DNA of 39,952 nucleotides, from positions 1 to 39,952 of IMG/VR virus record IMGVR_UViG_3300037047_000031, one strand, 5' to 3'. This DNA comes from a virus. Its lineage: Duplodnaviria; Caudoviricetes. The notes beneath the pieces are model-generated. The model was not told the origin of the DNA, searched no databases, and worked only from the letters and a program-made list of their open reading frames with translations. Both the position numbers and the translations under genes were made by a program. Every line of letters starts with the position of its first letter. Position 1 is the stretch's first letter. Positions 33,871 through 39,952 of the stretch are shown here, in pieces.

Positions 33871-35564
33871 TGAGCGACGTCATCAAGCCACTTGCCAGCA
33901 CCACGCGGGTCGTTGAATGGGACGATCTTCCCGCCAGCGTTCGCTCCATTCCTGCCAACTTCAAGCCCCTTGCAAAAGGGGTTTTGATGTTGCACCAGGT
34001 GCAGTTTCTCAGCATCAAGGCGCAGATCAAGGTGGCCGACAAAGGGCGCCGCACCGGCATCACCTTTTGTGTCGCGCTGGACAAGACCATTGCAGCCGCC
34101 TCGCGCCAGGACGCGGGCGGGCGCAACGTGTTCTATGTGGGCGACACGAAGGAAAAGGGCCTGGAGTTCATCGGCTACTGCGCCAAGTTCGCCCGCGTGA
34201 TCGCCCGCGCCCAGGGCGAGGGCGTAAGCGACATTGAAGAATTTCTGTTCGACGATCAGCAGCCGGACGGCACCACCCGCCAGATCGCGGCCTACCGTAT
34301 CCGCTTCTCCAGCGGCTTCCAGGTGGTGGCGCTGTCGTCGAACCCGGCCAACATTCGCGGCCTGCAGGGCGATGTGGTGATCGACGAGGCAGCTTTTCAC
34401 CGCGACGTTCAAGGCGTGATCGATGCGGCCACCGCCCTGCTGATCTGGGGCGGCAACATCATCATCATCAGCACGAACAATGGGCGGTCCAACCCGTTCG
34501 CCCAGCTGGTGCGCGACATCGAAAACGGCCGCTATGGCAGCAACGCGGTGGTGTTCCGCGTGACGTTCGACGACGCAGTGGCCAACGGCTTGTTTGAGCG
34601 TGTGTGCCTGATGACCAACAAGGTGCCCACCGAAGACGGCAAGCGCGAGTGGTATTCGGGCATCCGCAACGGCTACGGCGTGCGTAAGGCGGCAATGCGC
34701 GAGGAGCTGGACTGCATCCCCCGAGATGGCAACAGCGTGTGCATCCCCGGCGTTTGGATCGAAGCGGCGATGCGCGAGGAGCGCCCTGTGCTGCGCCTGC
34801 TGCTGGACGATGACTTCGTGAAGCGCTCTGTCGCTGAGCGCAAGAGCTATGTGGCCGACTGGATCCGGCGCTACCTGCAGCCGCTGCTTGAGCAGCTGCC
34901 GAAAGACCGCACCCATGTGTTCGGCCAGGACTACGCCCGCCACCGTGACTTCTCGCTGATCGTTCCCATCACCATCGAGCAGAGCATGCGGCGCACCGTG
35001 CCCTTCGTGGTCGAGATGCAGAAGGTGCCCGGAAAGCAGCAAGAGCAGGTGTTGTGGGCATTGATCCGCGGCCTGCCGCGTTTTGGCGCTGGAGGGATGG
35101 ACGCGGGCGGCAGCGGCGAGACGATTGCCGAGGACACCGCCGACGAATTTGGCCGCGAGCTGATCCACCAGATCAAGCTGTCCCGCCTCTGGTACGGCAC
35201 CTGGATGCCCAAGATGATCGGCGGGTTCGAAGACCAGATGATCGACACGCCGCGCGACGAGAACCACGCTTCCGATCTGCGCAGCATCGAAGAGGTGGAC
35301 GGCATCGCCATGGTGCCCGCCGTGCGCACCGCCGACCTGAAAGAGCCCGACCTTTTTCGCCACGGCGACTTCGCCATCGCCCTGGCCCTGGGTTGGTTCG
35401 CCTCGCTGAACATCGGCGGCGTCATCGAATACACCCCGGTCGGCAAGAGCGAGGGCAGCAGGCACGAAGACAAAGGTAGCGGTAACGTCGGCCGCTTCCG
35501 CAACCGCCCCAACCCCAACCCCAACGCTGACATGCCAGCCATCGAATCAAAAAGGAGCTGGTAA
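33870..35564 (+). CDS. Large terminase (Mu gp28 type)
   Basis: KGRRTGIT Walker A, RGLQGDVVIDEAAF Walker B, GQDYAR nuclease motif and HGD. Confidence 0.95.
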   Translation: MSDVIKPLASTTRVVEWDDLPASVRSIPANFKPLAKGVLMLHQVQFLSIKAQIKVADKGRRTGITFCVALDKTIAAASRQDAGGRNVFYVGDTKEKGLEFIGYCAKFARVIARAQGEGVSDIEEFLFDDQQPDGTTRQIAAYRIRFSSGFQVVALSSNPANIRGLQGDVVIDEAAFHRDVQGVIDAATALLIWGGNIIIISTNNGRSNPFAQLVRDIENGRYGSNAVVFRVTFDDAVANGLFERVCLMTNKVPTEDGKREWYSGIRNGYGVRKAAMREELDCIPRDGNSVCIPGVWIEAAMREERPVLRLLLDDDFVKRSVAERKSYVADWIRRYLQPLLEQLPKDRTHVFGQDYARHRDFSLIVPITIEQSMRRTVPFVVEMQKVPGKQQEQVLWALIRGLPRFGAGGMDAGGSGETIAEDTADEFGRELIHQIKLSRLWYGTWMPKMIGGFEDQMIDTPRDENHASDLRSIEEVDGIAMVPAVRTADLKEPDLFRHGDFAIALALGWFASLNIGGVIEYTPVGKSEGSRHEDKGSGNVGRFRNRPNPNPNADMPAIESKRSW

Positions 35565-35566
35565 CC

Positions 35567-37213
35567 ATGAAACTGGTCGACCAATACGGCAACGCGATCA
35601 CGAGCGAAGCGCTCGATGAACCGCAGACCGAATCGCGCGCGAGCCTGCTGCACCTGCAGCGCCAGATCGCCAACCACCCCAGCCGCGGCATCACGCCGGC
35701 CCGGCTGAACGAGATCCTGCAATCCGCTGAGCAAGGCGATCTGATCGCGCAACACGAGCTGATCGCCGACATGGAGGAGCGCGATGCGCACATCTATTCG
35801 GAGCTGAGCAAGCGCAAGCGCGCCAGCATCAAGCTGGACTGGGACATCGTGCCCCCGCGCAACGCCAGCAAGGAAGAGCAAGACCTCGCGGCCTGGGTGC
35901 GTGAGCAGTTTCAGGACATGCCCGATCTGGAAGACACGCTGTTCGACGCGTTGGACGCGATCAGCCACGGCTTCTCAGCTCAGGAGCTGGAGTGGGAATT
36001 GGTCGGCGGCACCTGGACGGTGGCGAAATTCCACCACCGGCCCCAGTCGTGGTTCATGCTCGACCAGGACACCCGCAGCAAGCTGCGCCTGCGTGACAAC
36101 TCGGCCAACGGCCAAGAGCTGCAGCCCTTCGGCTGGCTGCTGCACACGCACAAAGCGATCAGCGGCTACGTCAGCCGCAGCGGTCTGGGCCGAGTGCTGG
36201 TGTGGCCGTACCTGTTCAAGCACTTCTCGGTAGGCGACCTGGCCGAGTTCCTGGACATCCACGGCCTGCCGATCATCGTGGGCAAGTACCCGGCCAATGC
36301 GAGCCAAGACGAAAAGTCCACGCTGTTCCGGGCTGTGGCCGGCATCGGCCACAACGCCCGAGGCATCATCCCGAACGGGATGGAGATCGAGATCCAGCAG
36401 GCGGCCGACAGCAAGGGCGACCCGTTCCTGAACATGATCAGCTGGTGCGAGCGCAGCGAGAGCAAGGCCATCAACGGCAGCACACTCACCAGCGAGGGCG
36501 GATCCACCGGCCTCGGCAGCGGCCTGGCCGAGGTGCACAACGAAGTGCGCATGGACATCCGCAACAGCGATTGCAAGCAGCTCGCGGGCTCGATGACCAT
36601 GCAGGTGGTGTACCCGATGCTGGCCGTCAACAAGGGCTTCCGCGACGCCCGGCGCTGCCCGCGCTTTGTGCTCGACACGTCCAAGGCCGAAGACCTCAAG
36701 CTCTACGCCGAGAGCCTGCCCAAGCTGGTGAGCCTGGGCATGCGCATCAAGGCCGACTGGGCGCACGAAAAGCTGCGCATCCCCATCGCCGACGAAAAGG
36801 ACGAGGTGCTGAGGAGCGCGCCCGCTCCTGCGCCAGACCCGAAAGAACCACCGCCCGCGCCTGGCAAGGCCCAGGCCAAGCTGCAAGCCGCGATGATGGC
36901 CGCGCTGGGCGCGCTGGGCGTTCGCCAGGGGGGGACGGACGACGAAGACACGCTGCGCGGCCCACAGCCCGATCTGAGCGACCTGAAGGCCATCGACACG
37001 GCACTGACTCAGCTCAGCGAGCCCGATCTGGACTGGCAGGCCGCTGGGCTGCTGGAACCGGTGGTCAAGGCGATCATGAGCGCCGACAGCTTCGAAGCCA
37101 TGCAGGCCGCGCTGGACGCCGCGATTGAGCAGCAGGACGTGGGCGTGCTGGCAACCGCGCTGCACCGCGTCGGGTTCGCGGCGCATTGGCTGGGTGCGGG
37201 AGACAAGGCATGA
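35567..37213 (+). CDS. Portal protein (Mu gp29, DUF935)
   Basis: DMEERDAH, GLP-x-x-x-GKY, SKAI-x-G-x-TLTS and EVHNEVR motifs. Confidence 0.95.
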   Translation: MKLVDQYGNAITSEALDEPQTESRASLLHLQRQIANHPSRGITPARLNEILQSAEQGDLIAQHELIADMEERDAHIYSELSKRKRASIKLDWDIVPPRNASKEEQDLAAWVREQFQDMPDLEDTLFDALDAISHGFSAQELEWELVGGTWTVAKFHHRPQSWFMLDQDTRSKLRLRDNSANGQELQPFGWLLHTHKAISGYVSRSGLGRVLVWPYLFKHFSVGDLAEFLDIHGLPIIVGKYPANASQDEKSTLFRAVAGIGHNARGIIPNGMEIEIQQAADSKGDPFLNMISWCERSESKAINGSTLTSEGGSTGLGSGLAEVHNEVRMDIRNSDCKQLAGSMTMQVVYPMLAVNKGFRDARRCPRFVLDTSKAEDLKLYAESLPKLVSLGMRIKADWAHEKLRIPIADEKDEVLRSAPAPAPDPKEPPPAPGKAQAKLQAAMMAALGALGVRQGGTDDEDTLRGPQPDLSDLKAIDTALTQLSEPDLDWQAAGLLEPVVKAIMSADSFEAMQAALDAAIEQQDVGVLATALHRVGFAAHWLGAGDKA

Positions 37214-37455
37214 CTGTCGAGCGCTCGTACAAATGCGATCTGTGCGGAGACCGGATCAACTTGCAAGCCAGCCCACCCGAAGGCATCGGCATCTGGTGGC
37301 AGTCGTGGCCGAAGCTGTTGATCAGCAAGCCAGCGCGCGAGACCGAACACCACCTGTGCGTGCCCTGCGTATCGAGCATCCAGGCAATGCCCGCCATCTG
37401 CGGCCAGGGCTTCGATTGCACGGGTGGCCCGCAGTGCGGTAGCGACCACAAGTGA
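37210..37455 (+). CDS. Small Cys-rich zinc-finger-like protein
   Basis: CDLC...HLCVPC...C...C...C. ATGA overlap with the portal. Confidence 0.65.
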   Translation: MTVERSYKCDLCGDRINLQASPPEGIGIWWQSWPKLLISKPARETEHHLCVPCVSSIQAMPAICGQGFDCTGGPQCGSDHK

Positions 37456-37464
37456 GGGCGGAGC

Positions 37465-37686
37465 ATGTCCAGATCAACGTGCCCCACCGGCAAGAAACCC
37501 TATCCCACCCTGCAGGCGGCCAAACTGGCTGCCGCCCAGCTCGCTGACAAGCGAGCCAGGCAGGGCAACCCGGTCGTGTCGTTTCTGCGCGCCTACGGCT
37601 GCGCGTGCGGCAAGTTCCATTTCGGCAGCTCGCGCCAGATCGACTGGGACCGGGTCAAGCAGTACACGGTCCAAAAGGAAGATTGA
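37465..37686 (+). CDS. Small C/H zinc-binding hypothetical protein
   Basis: CPTGKKPY...AYGCACGKFHF, GGAG RBS. Confidence 0.7.
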   Translation: MSRSTCPTGKKPYPTLQAAKLAAAQLADKRARQGNPVVSFLRAYGCACGKFHFGSSRQIDWDRVKQYTVQKED

Positions 37687-37688
37687 CC

Positions 37689-37964
37689 ATGGCTGTCTAC
37701 GTTGACGACATGCGCGCCACCTTCGGTCGAATGGTGATGTGCCACCTGGTGGCCGACACCCTGGACGAGCTACACGCGATGGCAGATCAGATCGGGGTGG
37801 CTCGGCGCTGGTATCAGGGGCCTCCGGTGAGTCGATGGCCACATTACGACATCGCACTATCGAAGCGTGCGATGGCCGTTCGAGCTGGAGCGCAGGAAAT
37901 CAAGTGGCGCGAGGCACCGACCGTTGCGCGTCGCTGCTTGGCCGACATAGCTGGGAAGGTGTAA
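37689..37964 (+). CDS. DUF4031 family protein
   Basis: MAVYVDD...MCHLVADTLDELHAMA...WYQ...HYDI. Confidence 0.85.
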   Translation: MAVYVDDMRATFGRMVMCHLVADTLDELHAMADQIGVARRWYQGPPVSRWPHYDIALSKRAMAVRAGAQEIKWREAPTVARRCLADIAGKV

Positions 37965-39188
37965 ATGGCCGACCTGTCCGCCGTCTTCAAGAAAGCCCCG
38001 AAGGAAGCCGTCCGCTACCTGGCCGAGAAGCGCCAGCAGCCCAGCGACGGCTGGGAAACGGTCTCGGCCCAGGCGCACCAGCACGCGTTCACGGTGGCGC
38101 AGACGGCCGGTTTCGACGTGCTGGGCGACATCAAGTCCGCCCTGGGTCAGGCCCGCGACCAGGGCCTGACCCACAAGCAGTTCCAGGAACAGCTCAAGCC
38201 GCTGCTGCAGGCCAAAGGCTGGTGGGGACAGGCCATCGACGCCGAGACGGGCGAGATTCTCAAGCAATACCCCGGCACCAGCCGCCCGGTGCGCTACGGC
38301 ACGCCCGCGCGCCTGAAACTGATCTACGACCAGAACATGGCCGGCAGCAACGCAGCGGGCCGGCGCGAGCGCCAGCTCGCCACGGCGAAGCTGTTCCCGT
38401 ACTGGCGGTACGTGGCGGTGATGGACGGCCGCACGCGGCCCACGCACAAGGCACTCAACGGCCAGGTGTTCCCGACCGATCACCCGTTCTGGGCGATCAA
38501 CTACCCGCCGCAGGGCTTCCGCTGCCGGTGCACGGTGCAGGCCCTGACCCAGGCGCAGGTGGACAAGGCGGGCATCCAGGTCGAGTCGGCCGAGGGTGAG
38601 TTCGTCGAACGCCAGGTGCCGGTGAATGCCGGCCGCGATCAGCTCACAGTGCGCGGCTGGAAGACCGGCGACGGCCGCGAGTTCTGGCCCGACCCGGGCT
38701 TCGACCACGCGCCGGGAGACCGGCAACTGGCGCGATCGCGCCTGGGCAGCAGCATGGAGCGCCTGCCCGACTCGGCGCTGCCAGCTGCATCGCGGGCGGT
38801 CGGCAAGGGCGCGTTCTCGAAATGGCGCGAGCAGCCCGAGGGCACGTTCCCGGTGGCCACCATGCCGCGCAAGCATGCCGGCGTGCTGGGCCACAAGGGG
38901 AGCCGGACGGTGCACCTGTCGGCGGACACGATGCAACGCCAGGAACTGGCCCAGGCCGATCTGACCGATGCCGACTACGGCCTGATTCAGGAGGCGGTCT
39001 CGACAGGGCGCATGGTGCAAGAGAGCGAGACCGACCTGGTGTACCTGGTCGAGCGCGACGGCATCGCGGCATTGGTGAGGGTCTACAGGACGGGCGACTC
39101 GCTGAGAGTGGACACGCTGCGGCGCATGAGCGCGGCCGACGCATCCCGCGACCCTGAGTTCGCCCGCGCCCGAAAGGCCGCGAAATGA
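37965..39188 (+). CDS. Minor head protein gpF (MuF) with C-terminal extension
   Basis: AFTVA, LQAKGWWG, AVMDGRTR, YPPQGFRCRC and PDPGF motifs, then a ~130-aa extra domain. Confidence 0.93.
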   Translation: MADLSAVFKKAPKEAVRYLAEKRQQPSDGWETVSAQAHQHAFTVAQTAGFDVLGDIKSALGQARDQGLTHKQFQEQLKPLLQAKGWWGQAIDAETGEILKQYPGTSRPVRYGTPARLKLIYDQNMAGSNAAGRRERQLATAKLFPYWRYVAVMDGRTRPTHKALNGQVFPTDHPFWAINYPPQGFRCRCTVQALTQAQVDKAGIQVESAEGEFVERQVPVNAGRDQLTVRGWKTGDGREFWPDPGFDHAPGDRQLARSRLGSSMERLPDSALPAASRAVGKGAFSKWREQPEGTFPVATMPRKHAGVLGHKGSRTVHLSADTMQRQELAQADLTDADYGLIQEAVSTGRMVQESETDLVYLVERDGIAALVRVYRTGDSLRVDTLRRMSAADASRDPEFARARKAAK

Positions 39189-39664
39189 TCACCGTCACAC
39201 TCGACGGCGCCCGCGCCCAGGCCGACCTGGAGCGCATCCTCAACAAGGTGGCCGACCCAACCGAGCTGATGTCCGGCGTCGGCATGTTGCTGGAATCGTC
39301 AGCGCAGCAGGCGTTCCAGGACCAAGGCCCCGGCTGGCCCGATCTTGCCGAGAGCACCAAAGCGCAGCGCACCAAGGATGGCACGTGGCCCGGCCAGAAG
39401 CTGGTGCGCAAGGGCGGCAACAACGGCCTTCACGGGAGCCTGTTCAGAGACAGCGGTTCGGACTGGGCCAACGTCGGCGCAGGCAGCGGACCGTCGGCCG
39501 CCTACGCCATGATTCACCAGTTCGGCGGACAAGCCGGGCGCGGCAAGAAGACCACGATCCCGGCCCGCCCGTACATGCCTATCACGCCGGACGGGAAAGA
39601 TCTGACGGAAGCGGCGTCGGAGTCGGTTTTGGAGCTGACACTGACCTACCTCGGTTTGGGCTGA
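39185..39664 (+). CDS. Virion morphogenesis protein, Mu gpG family (canonical copy after gpF)
   Basis: YAMIHQFGG and IPARPY motifs. ATGA overlap with gpF. Confidence 0.92.
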   Translation: MITVTLDGARAQADLERILNKVADPTELMSGVGMLLESSAQQAFQDQGPGWPDLAESTKAQRTKDGTWPGQKLVRKGGNNGLHGSLFRDSGSDWANVGAGSGPSAAYAMIHQFGGQAGRGKKTTIPARPYMPITPDGKDLTEAASESVLELTLTYLGLG

Positions 39665-39710
39665 CTGGTGCCACAATGGCGCCGAGAGGCCGAATTTTTT
39701 CGGCGGCGCG

Positions 39711-39826
39711 ATTTGTTTCGCCGAGCGTAAGCAGCTTTCAGAGTACGTCCCGAATAGCCCCGGCACATCCCGCCTCTTCCCACATTTATCTCGCCGGCCG
39801 CCCGTGGTTTATCTCACTCGTTCTCA
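39711..39826 (-). other. Right phage end with putative transposase-binding sites
   Basis: CA at 39825-39826. Read inward, GAGATA lies at end positions 12-17 and 35-40. A third related site GGCGAAACAAAT is at 39711-39722. Confidence 0.75.
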
Positions 39827-39952
39827 ACAACTTGCCCATCTTGCCGCTCTGGAAGTCGGCAAACGCCTGGTGGATTTCCTGCTGCGAGTTCATCACGAAC
39901 GGCCCGTAGCCCACCACCGGTTCGTCGATGGGTTCGCCGGCCAGCCAGAGCA
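39786..39952 (-). CDS. Host pirin family protein, 3' end (partial), now reading 13 codons into the phage end
   Basis: [41 protein letters not shown] is the pirin C-terminal motif. Confidence 0.9.
   Translation of the reverse strand, partial: LWLAGEPIDEPVVGYGPFVMNSQQEIHQAFADFQSGKMGKLLRTSEINHGRPAR
39827..39832 (+). repeat. Right copy of 6-bp target site duplication ACAACT
   Basis: Identical to 119-124. Confidence 0.9.

Larger units (their letters stand above)
125..39826. mobile_element. Complete Mu-like transposable prophage (myovirus, P2-like tail, rve-type transposase)
   Basis: TG...CA termini, 6-bp TSD, DDE transposase plus AAA ATPase, gam, gemA, mor, Mu-type terminase/portal/F/G/I/T, and a full contractile tail set. 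Confidence 0.97.

Overview
The window holds one complete transposable (Mu-like) prophage of 39,702 bp (125..39826). It has TG...CA ends and a 6-bp target duplication (ACAACT), and it sits in the stop codon of a host pirin gene in a high-GC betaproteobacterium (probably Comamonadaceae, judged from the flanking repeat). The genome is divergent. The left arm (- strand) runs protease I/scaffold Z, major capsid T, an accessory head-fibre cassette, head-tail joining genes, a P2-like contractile tail and baseplate, a short fibre, the lysis cassette and a D12-class adenine methyltransferase. The right arm (+ strand) runs ner, HTH genes, DUF3102, an rve-type DDE transposase, an AAA ATPase, gam, rdgC, gemA, mor, terminase, portal, gpF and gpG. 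An S24-type repressor lies between the arms. The most notable observations are: (i) a 26-bp palindrome present both upstream of the DUF3102 gene and exactly 500 bp downstream inside its coding sequence; (ii) a stand-alone mini-MuF domain gene in the repressor operon plus a second, diverged gpG copy at the genome centre; (iii) five late promoters with a fixed architecture (CAATAAAnyGTTTTwrT-N22-CAnnnT), three of which would give leaderless mRNAs; (iv) a candidate antisense sRNA over the methyltransferase leader; and (v) a candidate attenuator upstream of gemA-mor. Family names come from recognised motifs and synteny, not from database searches.
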